A DNA stretch of 26,070 nt from Candidatus Terrybacteria bacterium RIFCSPLOWO2_01_FULL_58_14 (GCA_001824745.1 MHSZ01000031.1:11309-37378); one strand, 5' to 3'. Counted from the first letter of the stretch, positions 15,663-24,561 are shown. The notes: generated by a model not told the origin, from the letters alone. Numbers and translations are program-made.

Positions 15663-17360
15663 CTAGAGCTGCACAATCCCCTGCTGGGGAGAAATCTTCG
15701 TATCGTCGGGAACGGTGCTGTCGACTGCGGCATCTTGCGCGTCGAGCGTCTGCGACACGAAGGTGTCGAGCCCTGTTGCGCTCACGGCGGTGAGGAGTTC
15801 TGCCGTATCTCCGACGTCTTCTTGGCGCGGGGTGAGCACGATGCGGAAAGAGATGCTCTTGGGAGACGAGAGGATACCAACGCCTGCAGGGACATCCCCC
15901 ACCGTCCACTGCACCTCGCTCGTCGCCGGATCGTACACCACGTCCCCGACGCCCGAAGTGAGAAGCGCCTCGTACGTCACCGCCGGCCCCAAGACGACGC
16001 GCGCAACCACGTTCTCAAGGCCATTTGTTCCTCCCGTAACGGTGAGGGTAACGGTATAAGAGGTTTGCTGGCCTACTTTCGGCGGGATCGAGCCGCGATT
16101 ATTTCCCCCCGGCGCATCGAAGTACCGCACCTCCGCATCAACTGCCAACTCCCCTACAATCTTCAGAACGAGACGGCGTTCCCCAAGAACTCGTCCCCCG
16201 GATATTGTCCTCGCCCGTACAGTGATCGTCTGCTCGTCATCTTCAAAGCTCCTCATGGGTACGTCGGAGGAAAGGCGCGCTCGAAACGCGATCTCTCCGG
16301 AAGCGCCCGGCCCCACCCGCTGGAGCGCTAAGACGTTCTCCGGCGCCCAAACGAACTCCCCGGAGACCGAACGCGTGAACCGTTCCGGCGACGAGACGGA
16401 TTCCGGCACAATCGCCTCGTGGGCGAATGCAAGCAACACCGAGAGATCTTCCAGCGGCTCACTCGTGGCATTCCGGTAATGGAGAACGAGATCGACGTTC
16501 TCTCCTGGCGCCACGAGTGCTTCAGCGGGGTTCTCCTGCTCCCGATAGACGACATCTAAGGGAACGGCGCCGGCGCGGAGATTGAGATACTCCCGAACCT
16601 CTCGCGAAGCGCTGAGCGAACGCCGTCCTTCATCGAGAAAGCCGATACGGGCCGTAAACTCGCCGCCGGCACTTCCTGCAGGAAACGTTCCCGTCACGGC
16701 AATCTCTCCTCGCCGGCCTGCCTCAAGCATTCCGAAGTCCCAAAGCCCTCCCGCGTCGGGAACCTCCGCGGGTCTCGTACGGGTCACCCGGAATCCTTCC
16801 GGTATCAGGAGTGTGAGGCCCACAGGACCGATGGGCGCTTCTGCGCGAGAAGAAAACCGGAGGAAAAACGTAAGCGGCTTCCCATCGCTCGCGTCGGCAG
16901 GAAAGGAAAATGAGAGATCAAGGGGAAGTTCACGGAGGCGGACGCTCGTTTTCGCCTCGCGCGTAAACACCGCGGAGAGCTGTCGCGGCTGAAAACGCGC
17001 GCGGGCGACAAGCTCGCCCGAAGTCCCCGCGTCCCCCATAACCCGAACCCGGAAACTAGCGGCGGTCTGCGCGCGCGGTGCCAAGGTTTCGAACGTCGTT
17101 TCCGCACTCTCCTGCAGTGTAAATTCCGAAGGGAGATCCAGTGCGATAGTGCCGCCACGAAGCGTGGCGCCCGTGTTATTCGTCACGAGAACGCGCACAT
17201 CCGCTTCGGTGCCAAGGTCGAGCTCTGCGGGTGCTTCAATGGCAATGATGACACCCGAGGAATCGAAACCGAAAGTGCGCGCAAGAAGGAACGCGGCGAC
17301 GATTGCCGCCGCGCCAATCAACGCAACCGCGGTAGCGCGCGGGGTGAAAGGGAATCGCAT
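15663..17360 (-). CDS. N-terminally anchored surface protein with repeated Ig-like (DUF11/CARDB-like) domains
   Basis: TM helix VALIGAAAIVAAFLLA; repeated segments VRVLVTNNTG...V.LDLP, LVLHYRNAT, YTVTLTVTGG and WDFGML/WTVGDV; 565 aa. Confidence 0.7.
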   Translation of the reverse strand: MRFPFTPRATAVALIGAAAIVAAFLLARTFGFDSSGVIIAIEAPAELDLGTEADVRVLVTNNTGATLRGGTIALDLPSEFTLQESAETTFETLAPRAQTAASFRVRVMGDAGTSGELVARARFQPRQLSAVFTREAKTSVRLRELPLDLSFSFPADASDGKPLTFFLRFSSRAEAPIGPVGLTLLIPEGFRVTRTRPAEVPDAGGLWDFGMLEAGRRGEIAVTGTFPAGSAGGEFTARIGFLDEGRRSLSASREVREYLNLRAGAVPLDVVYREQENPAEALVAPGENVDLVLHYRNATSEPLEDLSVLLAFAHEAIVPESVSSPERFTRSVSGEFVWAPENVLALQRVGPGASGEIAFRARLSSDVPMRSFEDDEQTITVRARTISGGRVLGERRLVLKIVGELAVDAEVRYFDAPGGNNRGSIPPKVGQQTSYTVTLTVTGGTNGLENVVARVVLGPAVTYEALLTSGVGDVVYDPATSEVQWTVGDVPAGVGILSSPKSISFRIVLTPRQEDVGDTAELLTAVSATGLDTFVSQTLDAQDAAVDSTVPDDTKISPQQGIVQL

Positions 17361-17372
17361 AGCTTTCCGTCC

Positions 17373-18110
17373 TCATCGTACCCGAAAATCGTCTCCCCCG
17401 CACATAGACGCGGCGAGGGAAACCTTGGCCGAAGCGGCCGGAAGATGCCAGGAAGCAAATCGTCCAAGAAAAAGGGCGAGTTCGCGCACCTCGCCGTTGC
17501 TTACGGGAATTCTCCGTGCGCCAAGATCAGCAAGCGCTCTGGACGAAAAACTTCTGCTATCCGTGAGATCCGAAGCGCAACTCCCGCAGAGAACGCCGCC
17601 TGCAGACGGGCTCACTGCGGCAAGCCGATCGGCGCTTGTGCATCGCACGCATTGATCGAAGGGCGGTGCCAACCCCGTAAGCGCCAGTGCCCGGAGGAGA
17701 GCCGCTGCCACGCGTCGAGCGATGAGCGACCCTCCTTCGCGAGCAGAGATCGCCACGTGGAGATCCCGAAAGAGACGCGTGGTGGCGGCATAGAGGCCCG
17801 ACTCCGGCGCGTCGGGGAGCCCTTCAGCCAATACTGCAGCGACCGCCGAAGCCCCCGAAAGTCCGTAGAGTGAGGATCGCAGACCGGAGAAAGAAAGGAG
17901 CGGAACTGCACTTCGTACGATCCACTGACGCCTCCCCAAAACGAGGGTGAGATCACTTACCGTGAAGGGAAGAATGCCGGCGCGGAGACGAGAGGATGGC
18001 TGACGCGCGGAGCGGGCAAAGCCCTCGACCCTCCTCCCCTCTCGGGTGAGAAGTGTAACGGAAATATCGGCCTCGCCTACCCCCTCGCCGCGGAGCACAA
18101 AAGCTTCCAT
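17373..18110 (-). CDS. recO: DNA repair protein RecO
   Basis: EAFVLRGEGVGEADISVTLLTREG...FARSARQPSSRL OB-fold start; zinc finger CVRC...CGSC. Confidence 0.88.
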   Translation of the reverse strand: MEAFVLRGEGVGEADISVTLLTREGRRVEGFARSARQPSSRLRAGILPFTVSDLTLVLGRRQWIVRSAVPLLSFSGLRSSLYGLSGASAVAAVLAEGLPDAPESGLYAATTRLFRDLHVAISAREGGSLIARRVAAALLRALALTGLAPPFDQCVRCTSADRLAAVSPSAGGVLCGSCASDLTDSRSFSSRALADLGARRIPVSNGEVRELALFLGRFASWHLPAASAKVSLAASMCGGDDFRVR

Positions 18111-18141
18111 AACACTATCCGCTGTGCGAAAAGCACAGCCG

Positions 18142-18528
18142 TCACTCTATCACCACACGGGGAATGTGCCGGAGGCGTGGCGGATCACTCTCTTTGAAGA
18201 AATCGATGGCGATCACGTCCACCTGCCAGGGAGTATCGCTTCTGCCCTGTATGGCGAGCCAGCGCTGAGCTGTCTGCCGTATCTTCTGCAGCTTCGCCCG
18301 AGAAACGTGGATCTCTGGCCGGAAAGCGGCCTCGGATCTCCTCCCGGCTTTCACTTCCACAAAAATCGTATCGCCTCCTCGTTGCGCGATAAGATCCACC
18401 TCCCCAAGGAGCTTCCCGCTCTTCACGCTGCGAAAGCTCCAGTTCCGCGCGAGGATACGGCAGCCCCTATTCCGCAAATATGCCTCCGCGAGCTCCTCCC
18501 CCTTTTTTCCTAATTCTTGTTTTCCCAT
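18142..18528 (-). CDS. yraN: YraN/UPF0102 family PD-(D/E)xK protein
   Basis: LGKKGEELAEAYLRNRGCRILARNW, GEVDLIA, IFVEVK, K...I...A..WL, WQVDVIAI. Start set at ATG 18528. Confidence 0.92.
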   Translation of the reverse strand: MGKQELGKKGEELAEAYLRNRGCRILARNWSFRSVKSGKLLGEVDLIAQRGGDTIFVEVKAGRRSEAAFRPEIHVSRAKLQKIRQTAQRWLAIQGRSDTPWQVDVIAIDFFKESDPPRLRHIPRVVIE

Positions 18529-18640
18529 TTGTTCTCTCGCGGGGCGCGAAGCGTGACCGCTCGGAATGGTTGGGCTTAGGTCTGGGTTCCGAGCGGGCGC
18601 GCGGAGCGCCGTCGCGATCACCGCGTCTTTTCGCAATACG

Positions 18641-19339
18641 CTACGAGTCCCATTCCTCTATCGCCTTCTGCCACCGTTCAAACGTGCCGCAATCGTACCA
18701 CTGGCCCCGATAGGGAAAACCGTGGAGCTTCCCCTCGGCGGCGAGTTTCGGGAAGAGATCGTGCTCAAGCATCGCAAACTTCGGCCGAGAGAAATCGTGA
18801 TATGCGAAAACCTCCGGCGTGAACAGGTAGAGGCCGGAAGAAATGAGATTCGTCGGCGGGTGCTCGGGCTTCTCGACGAACTCTCGAATGCGCTGTCCGT
18901 CCATGACGGCAACGCCGTAGTTTTTGGGCTCCGGGTGCTCGACGAGCGCAATCGTCGCCGGGGCCCCATGGGCTCTATGGAATTCTCGCATCGCCTTCAG
19001 ATCAACGCGCTTGAGTTCATCGCCATTCGTCACGAAAAACTCTTCATTACGCACGAAATGCGCACTGCCGATGAGTGCGCCCCATGTGCCCATGGGTTCA
19101 ATCTCCTCAAAGAAACGGAAGGGGTAGTCGCGCCACCATCTTCGGTACCACCAGTGGAAGTCCTCTTTATGCTCCGCGCTGATGGAGATGCCGATATCGT
19201 AAATCCCCTGCTCGAGAAAAAGTTCCACGAGATAGTTCAAGATCGGCTTTTTGCGCACCGTCAGCAGGGGTTTGGGTGTCTCGAGCGTGACGGGATGGAG
19301 CCGCGTGCCTTTGCCGCCCGCGAGAATCAACGCCTTCAT
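18641..19339 (-). CDS. Sugar-phosphate nucleotidyltransferase (NTP_transferase; mannose-1-P guanylyltransferase-like)
   Basis: MKALILAGGKGTRLHPVTLETPKPLL, EPMGTWGAL, FVTNGD, YGV, FVEKP, ISSGLYLF, WYDCGT. Confidence 0.92.
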   Translation of the reverse strand: MKALILAGGKGTRLHPVTLETPKPLLTVRKKPILNYLVELFLEQGIYDIGISISAEHKEDFHWWYRRWWRDYPFRFFEEIEPMGTWGALIGSAHFVRNEEFFVTNGDELKRVDLKAMREFHRAHGAPATIALVEHPEPKNYGVAVMDGQRIREFVEKPEHPPTNLISSGLYLFTPEVFAYHDFSRPKFAMLEHDLFPKLAAEGKLHGFPYRGQWYDCGTFERWQKAIEEWDS

Positions 19340-19345
19340 GGCATC

Positions 19346-19374
19346 ACCGTATCTTGCAGCCAGGAAAAAGTGAA
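19346..19374 (-). promoter_or_regulatory. Promoter giving a probable leaderless nucleotidyltransferase mRNA
   Basis: Minus strand TTCACT (19369-19374) - 17 nt - TACGGT (19346-19351) - 6 nt - ATG (19339); no SD. Confidence 0.5.
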
Positions 19375-19396
19375 GCGGCTTTCCAAGAAAAGCCGC
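19375..19396 (-). terminator. Intrinsic terminator after the zinc-ribbon membrane protein gene
   Basis: 8-bp stem GCGGCTTT/AAAGCCGC followed on the minus strand by TTCACTTTTT. Confidence 0.6.
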
Positions 19397-19421
19397 CCGC
19401 TCGCGCTACGGAACGGAGCCT

Positions 19422-20597
19422 TCAGGCCTTTCCGCAGGAGGGACAATGGCCCATGCCCACGTAGCGCAATTTCCCGCACTGCGGGCATGCCGCACGGATC
19501 TGCTTCCCGCAACCGGGACAAAAGCTCTCCGCAAGTTCCAAGGGGAACTCGCACGCTGGGCATTTCTTTGCGCGGAGCCGTCGGAGGCGAACCCGCTCTG
19601 GCGCAAACACTGCTGTCTGTAAACGGTAGACGCTGCCGCCGAAGATGGCGACCGCGATGAGCATTCCTATGTAGTAAAGGAGGGTGCGGAAAATCGCGAG
19701 TCGCTCGAGCACCGAAAAGAGGAAAAGGAGGAGGTCGGCCAGGAACAAACTCCAAAAGTAGACGAGGAACACGCGGGACAGGAGCAAGGCGGCCACGGCG
19801 ACGATAGGGATCGCGATGACGGTATGAGGGCTCGCGCGTCCGTGGAGACGCCGATAGAAACGCAGCGCGACTCCAAAGAATGGCACGGTGAAGAGCAGTT
19901 CGAGGAGGAACACCCAGAACTTGTATCCGGCCCACGCGCGTTCGTACGCATCGCCGGCAACACGATACGCGGCAGTAAGCGGCGGGAGTTCCTCGCTATA
20001 CTCGGCTTCCGCGCGCTGAAGATCCTCCTTTGCCTGCGCGCGCTGCCCGTCAAGCGACCGAATGGTGGCGCGGAGTTGTTCGGGTACGGCGCGGAGCGCC
20101 TCCTCGTCTGAAATGCGCTCGAGCAACGAAATATTATACTGGCGCTCGTACTGACGAATCTGGGTTTCGCTCTGATTGAGCTTCGTCTGCTGTGCTGCGA
20201 CGCGCTGCTGTGCATCCGCTGCGGCGCGGAAGGCGTCGGGAACACCCGCCTCGCGCTCAAACGAAGAGAATGTGCACCCGCGAAAATCGTCAAAAATGTA
20301 GGAAGGAAACGTTTCGGGGCGCTTGGGATCCAGAGATGCGACGAAACGGAGATCCCCCCGCGTGAATGCCGGCTCTTCCACGGCAACAAAGCACGAAGAA
20401 AGACGATCGGGCCTCGCCGGGATTTCTCCGAGATCATCGAGTCCGCGCCATCCGAAAAAGAACAGCACGATCGTCATCATCACGAGCAAGACCTTTCCGA
20501 GAAAGGGCGTCGGGTGTTCCTCGGGTTCGAACCCGGAGGCGCTCACGGAAACGTCTCTCTTTTTCGGAGATTGCAGGAAACGCGGGAACCAAAACAT
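19422..20597 (-). CDS. Membrane protein with coiled-coil loop and C-terminal double zinc ribbon
   Basis: N-terminal TM helix, heptad-rich soluble segment (AQQRVAAQQTKLNQSETQIRQYERQY), further TM helices, then CPAC...CPGC...CPQC...CPSC. Confidence 0.75.
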   Translation of the reverse strand: MFWFPRFLQSPKKRDVSVSASGFEPEEHPTPFLGKVLLVMMTIVLFFFGWRGLDDLGEIPARPDRLSSCFVAVEEPAFTRGDLRFVASLDPKRPETFPSYIFDDFRGCTFSSFEREAGVPDAFRAAADAQQRVAAQQTKLNQSETQIRQYERQYNISLLERISDEEALRAVPEQLRATIRSLDGQRAQAKEDLQRAEAEYSEELPPLTAAYRVAGDAYERAWAGYKFWVFLLELLFTVPFFGVALRFYRRLHGRASPHTVIAIPIVAVAALLLSRVFLVYFWSLFLADLLLFLFSVLERLAIFRTLLYYIGMLIAVAIFGGSVYRLQTAVFAPERVRLRRLRAKKCPACEFPLELAESFCPGCGKQIRAACPQCGKLRYVGMGHCPSCGKA

Positions 20598-20728
20598 GCC
20601 TGCTACGGGAACGGTCCTACCGTACGATCACCACCGTACCATAATAAAAAGAAGGGCCCGAATCCTTTCCTCGGGCATCGGCCGTCCGTGTGTCGTCGTT
20701 GCGGGATCCACGACGAGGGTTGCCGTTC

Positions 20729-21202
20729 CTACGGTGCGGCTGCAAACCACACATCATTGACGCCATCGCCTGTCGCATCGCCGGGTCTGCCGTCCTGAAG
20801 ATAGTAGTAGAGGGGCTTGGTGTCGTACGTGACCTGACGTTCGCCGCTCAATCGTTCCATGGCTCCCAGGGTGCCCCGTACGCCTTCCCCGCCAACGAGT
20901 TCTTGCCCCGGCGCGAGCGTGAGTGGCGGCCAGTTCGTCTCACAAACATCTTCGCAATGACTCACGTTCGGCTCATCGTTCACGAACACATAAAGCGTCA
21001 TGCCGTCCGGACCGGTCAGGATTTTTCCCAACTCTTCGTGTTCAAAGACCTGAACGAGCGGCTCGCCGCGAATGCCCGCAGACCCCTCTTCCCCCGGCCC
21101 TAAAGCATCGGGTGGGGGGGGAGATAAAAGGTAATATGCCGCCGCCACAATGGCCACGGCGACCACGACGAGGACGGGAATGAACGGCTTCACGTTCCGC
21201 AT
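20729..21202 (-). CDS. Secreted Y-X4-D repeat protein (Lipoprotein_15/COG4315-like)
   Basis: ILTGPDGMTLYVFVND, C...C...WPP, QVTYDTKPLYYYLQD...GDATGDGVNDVW. N-terminal hydrophobic anchor without a lipobox Cys. Start set at ATG 21202. Confidence 0.85.
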   Translation of the reverse strand: MRNVKPFIPVLVVVAVAIVAAAYYLLSPPPPDALGPGEEGSAGIRGEPLVQVFEHEELGKILTGPDGMTLYVFVNDEPNVSHCEDVCETNWPPLTLAPGQELVGGEGVRGTLGAMERLSGERQVTYDTKPLYYYLQDGRPGDATGDGVNDVWFAAAP

Positions 21203-21237
21203 AGACGAGAAAATGAGAAATCGATCGCCACGCCAAG

Positions 21238-21255
21238 AAGCACGCCGGCGTGCTT
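21238..21255. repeat. Perfect 18-bp palindrome between the DUF5679-like and Y-X4-D genes, possible terminator
   Basis: AAGCACGCCGGCGTGCTT. Confidence 0.55.
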
Positions 21256-21302
21256 GCTTCAACGAGGCGAGAGCGCCGGGATCGCCCAACGCCCGACAGG
21301 CA

Positions 21303-21458
21303 TTATTTCTTCTTTCCCATGATGCGGAACATCTTCGTTCCGCACACGGGGCAGATCCCCTGCATGGCTGTACGATCTTTGCCCATGGGGACCTCTTTTG
21401 CGCCCGTCATCTCGCGCTTCTGCTTGCATTTGACGCAGTATCCTTCGACCCCTGCCAT
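21303..21458 (-). CDS. Small basic zinc-ribbon protein, DUF5679-like
   Basis: MAGVEGYCVKCKQKREM...AMQGICPVCGTKMFRIMGKKK; 51 aa from ATG 21458; extended -10 TGGTATAAT just upstream. Confidence 0.8.
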   Translation of the reverse strand: MAGVEGYCVKCKQKREMTGAKEVPMGKDRTAMQGICPVCGTKMFRIMGKKK

Positions 21459-21603
21459 ACGATTTTCATTATACCACGGCCGGACGGCCGCAAGGATGCC
21501 CTGTGGATGGAGCCCGAAACGAGGAACGGCGAATAGGCGTAGCGGGTATTCACCAAAAATAGACCGCAATGAAACTGCGGCGCACTCGTGGACCACCCAT
21601 TCC

Positions 21604-21981
21604 TTACTGGGGAATACCTGAAGTGTTCGGGCTAGGAGACGTACCGCGATCTAAGACCTTCCAAGCGACCGCGTAGAGGACCGCGAGAATGGCTCCCACG
21701 ATGAGAATCCTGGAGAGCTTATCGATATCCCCGAAATTCTCAAAAAGGTTATGCAGCACCAGCAAATCCGCGGTGAAGAGGAGTCCTAAGCTCACTGAGA
21801 ATACCGAAGAGACGAGTATTCCGACAATGATATACGCCACCGCAAAGATGAAAAGGACAAGCCAGTAGTTGAACACATCCTCCTGTTGAAGATAGGAAGC
21901 GGCAAAATACGCGAAGGCGGCACTAAAAAGGAAAATGACGCCGCCGAATACCAGCTTCAATGCGATATTCTGCTCTTTCAT
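21604..21981 (-). CDS. Membrane protein, unknown function
   Basis: About four hydrophobic helices in 125 aa; ATG overlaps the upstream stop (ATGA). Confidence 0.75.
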   Translation of the reverse strand: MKEQNIALKLVFGGVIFLFSAAFAYFAASYLQQEDVFNYWLVLFIFAVAYIIVGILVSSVFSVSLGLLFTADLLVLHNLFENFGDIDKLSRILIVGAILAVLYAVAWKVLDRGTSPSPNTSGIPQ

Positions 21982-22532
21982 GCCAGCTTATCCTTTAACT
22001 TCACCACCGCGATGCCAATAGCGACCACCAAACCAAATCCGGCGGCAATCACGCGGGCCGCCTCCCCCAAGGCCCAAAGTTGTGTATAGACGTAAAGCAG
22101 CACCAGCGCCCCGCCCAGAATGTTCGCGTACATGATCGTATGGTGCCCCTTGAGAAACATCCCCCATACCGCCAGGCCAAATCCCAACACCAGGCCGAGA
22201 ATAACCCCTGCGAGCGATTTGTCCGTAAACTCCACAATGTAGCGTACAAAAATAGGCAAAAGCAGGGCGATGGAAAAGATCGCCGCATACCTCCGTACGG
22301 TCTCGAGTTGTTCCGAAGCCGTGAGCGTCCGCGCCTTGGCGCGGAGAGGATTATTCCGAGAGAACACGAACCAAAGAAGCGCAAAGGGGAGAAGCCAAAA
22401 AATCAGCCCCATGCCCATGCCGAAAAAGGGTCCGGGGCCTCCGAGCATAGCGTCGGAAAATACCACGAAAACAAGCCCCACCGCAAAAATCAGGAAGGGC
22501 CAAAGCAAAACCGCTGCGAGTGCTAGTCCCAT
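21978..22532 (-). CDS. Membrane protein, unknown function
   Basis: About six hydrophobic helices in 184 aa; extended -10 TGGTATGAT (hexamer 22544-22549) upstream. Confidence 0.75.
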   Translation of the reverse strand: MGLALAAVLLWPFLIFAVGLVFVVFSDAMLGGPGPFFGMGMGLIFWLLPFALLWFVFSRNNPLRAKARTLTASEQLETVRRYAAIFSIALLLPIFVRYIVEFTDKSLAGVILGLVLGFGLAVWGMFLKGHHTIMYANILGGALVLLYVYTQLWALGEAARVIAAGFGLVVAIGIAVVKLKDKLA

Positions 22533-22615
22533 AGGTCTTTTTTATCATACCACGCCCAAGGCGTTACAAGTTCGCCATGGGGATGGCCGGTGAAGCGAAG
22601 AGAGCGCCACGGGAT

Positions 22616-23389
22616 TCAGTCCTGTCGCTCCGGCGGGGCGGCGTATTGCCACCGGTCAAAGAGTGTCTGCAGTTCCTTATAAAAACTCGGGTCGAGATCC
22701 TCGCGGATAATCCGCTCATACCCCCTGCGATGATTCGCAAGGTAATAGTGCACATACTCTTTCACTCCCGCAGGCGAAGAGAACAGCCCGCGAAAGTCCG
22801 CCCCGGTCTCTGCTTGTGTCCTCCGCATTGCCCGAATGGCCCATGCCCATGCCCCCCGCTCGCTTTTGCTCCGGTTTTTTGCGATCTCTTCGTCGAGCAG
22901 CACTGTGTAGGCAGAATCCCGCGTATTCCGTTTCTCCTCTTCCAGATTCTCCCACGCATCGTTCTCCTCACTCGTATCGTTTACTGCGTGTCCGATTTCG
23001 TGGAGAAGACCGAGAATATCCTGCGGTGTTTTGAACTCACCACAGAGCACCATCTTCCTATCGGGGCTTGCGGCCCAATCGTTGTCAAAATAGTCAGCGA
23101 GGCTCTCTTCCTCAGGATGTTTCTGGAAATAGGTCGGGGTCACGAACTTCCAACCCTCAGGCAGCAGGGCGCTAAAATCGAGAACCGCCGCGCCGTCCTT
23201 CTCCAGCGTGATCATTCCCTGCCCTTTGTTGCTCTGCCGCGCGATGAACTTCTCACCTCCGGGAAACGTATGGCGAAATCCGAACGGCACGCGTCCTTCG
23301 CGGAACTCCTCCGAAGGCCTGTCCCGCGCCTCCATTTCGCGCTTCTCTTTTTGTGAGAAATGCTCGAGGTGAAGTTTCCGTTCGTCCAT
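22616..23389 (-). CDS. Hypothetical protein with zincin HExxH motif (putative metallopeptidase)
   Basis: LLHEIGHA followed about 35 aa later by SERGAWAWA (candidate third ligand Glu); acidic, no signal peptide. Confidence 0.65.
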   Translation of the reverse strand: MDERKLHLEHFSQKEKREMEARDRPSEEFREGRVPFGFRHTFPGGEKFIARQSNKGQGMITLEKDGAAVLDFSALLPEGWKFVTPTYFQKHPEEESLADYFDNDWAASPDRKMVLCGEFKTPQDILGLLHEIGHAVNDTSEENDAWENLEEEKRNTRDSAYTVLLDEEIAKNRSKSERGAWAWAIRAMRRTQAETGADFRGLFSSPAGVKEYVHYYLANHRRGYERIIREDLDPSFYKELQTLFDRWQYAAPPERQD

Positions 23390-23403
23390 AGCTCGTACGC
23401 CGT

Positions 23404-23793
23404 TTACTGCGGTGGGGAAAGTGTCTCCGCGATCGACACGTCGGCTGGCGCAAAATCAAACCGGGAAAACTCGCTTGCGGGAACCCTCCGAATCTCGTCG
23501 TGGACATTCGCCTTTACTTCACCGTGAAGACGCGTCGCGCGGTATCCCAAAACACGAATTGTGATTTTTTCGTCCTGAAACACACCTTCTGCGACAAACT
23601 CACCCACTGCGACCTTAATTCCAAGTTCTTCCTCTAATTCTCGCATCAAACAGGACTCCGGCGTTTCCTGTATTTCCACCTTCCCTCCGGGGAATTCCCA
23701 TTTTCCTGGAAACGGTTTTCCTCTGGGGCGCCGTGCGATGAGAAACGTCCCGTCCTCTTCGAGAATCGCCGCTGCAACCACGATCTCCTGCAT
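23404..23793 (-). CDS. NUDIX hydrolase, MutT/NudG-like (d)NTP pyrophosphohydrolase
   Basis: VVAAAIL...FLIARRP...GKWEFPGGKVEIQETPESCLMRELEEELGI (Nudix box), APAD near the C-terminus. Confidence 0.92.
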   Translation of the reverse strand: MQEIVVAAAILEEDGTFLIARRPRGKPFPGKWEFPGGKVEIQETPESCLMRELEEELGIKVAVGEFVAEGVFQDEKITIRVLGYRATRLHGEVKANVHDEIRRVPASEFSRFDFAPADVSIAETLSPPQ

Positions 23794-23813
23794 ACACTTT
23801 AAAAACTACGATC

Positions 23814-23888
23814 TGGTGGACCTGAGGGGATTCGAACCCCTGACCCCTGCAATGCGAATGCAGTGCTCTACCGCTGAGCTACAGGCCC
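23814..23888 (-). tRNA. tRNA-Ala (anticodon CGC), CCA encoded
   Basis: Minus strand GGGCCTG-TA-GCTC-AGCGGTA-GAGC-A-CTGCA-TTCGCAT-TGCAG-GGGTC-AGGGG-TTCGAAT-CCCCT-CAGGTCC-A-CCA; full cloverleaf with G3:U70, the alanine identity pair. Confidence 0.98.
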
Positions 23889-23893
23889 AATAT

Positions 23894-23928
23894 GCGCGCA
23901 TCGTAACGCGCCCCCCTCCCCCCGACAA
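23894..23928 (-). promoter_or_regulatory. tRNA promoter with GC-rich discriminator
   Basis: Minus strand TTGTCG (23923-23928) - 17 nt - TACGAT (23900-23905) - GCGCGC. Confidence 0.7.
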
Positions 23929-23955
23929 GACAAATGCCCCCGAACATCGGAGGCA

Positions 23956-24501
23956 TCATTGCGATCTACGAACACCTAGCCGCCTTGCAGCGAAATCGCA
24001 TACCGCCTGGAGCATAAGGAACCCAAAAGCGACGCCACCAACAACTGGCCACGAAGGAAACGCAATTCCGCTCAGTGCCGCGGCAACGAGCGCGCCTGCG
24101 ATCCAGTCGCCCCAGTCAAGCACGTACCCTTGCTGCCCTTCGCCAAGACCGATGCGGCGCTTCACGAACGAACCGACGAGATCTCCGCCCACGACGCCGA
24201 CGCCAAGCGCGAACGCTCGGAACATCGCCGGCCCCCACGCCTCGCCGAACGCGTCGACCGCACCGAACGGAATACCGTAGCGAAGCTCGATGCTGTAGAG
24301 GTTTTCTGCCGCGATGCCGGCGGCGTATAGCGCCAGAATCGCGCCACCGAGGGTCTTGTGGCTCCCGAAGACGCGGCGGCCAAACAGCCGTCGCCCGCCA
24401 TCGAGCGAAAGCGCGAGCGGGCGCAGCCGGAGCGTCTCAAAAACAAAGGCGGGAGCAGCGTTCGCGATGAACGCGATCATAAGGACTGCCGCGATAGCCA
24501 C
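23956..24501 (-). CDS. CDP-archaeol synthase (CarS)-like cytidylyltransferase family membrane protein
   Basis: FIANAAPAF, LDGG, RVFGSHKTLGG, GDLVGSFVKRRIG, G...LDWGDW match the CarS/CTP_transf pattern; GTG start with SD AAAGGAGGT (24505-24513). Confidence 0.8.
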   Translation of the reverse strand: MAIAAVLMIAFIANAAPAFVFETLRLRPLALSLDGGRRLFGRRVFGSHKTLGGAILALYAAGIAAENLYSIELRYGIPFGAVDAFGEAWGPAMFRAFALGVGVVGGDLVGSFVKRRIGLGEGQQGYVLDWGDWIAGALVAAALSGIAFPSWPVVGGVAFGFLMLQAVCDFAARRLGVRRSQ

Positions 24502-24561
24502 AGCACCTCCTTTACTGAAATGTGCTACCCGCTGCGTAACACGCAGCAGGAGAATAGGAAA

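Noticed and set aside
18566-19660. 364-aa plus-strand ORF
   Set aside because: Antisense to the nucleotidyltransferase and zinc-ribbon genes; no recognisable domain.
21586-21595. GTGGACC match to the tRNA-Ala 3' end as a possible att site
   Set aside because: Only about 7 bp identical, which is expected by chance; no integrase nearby.
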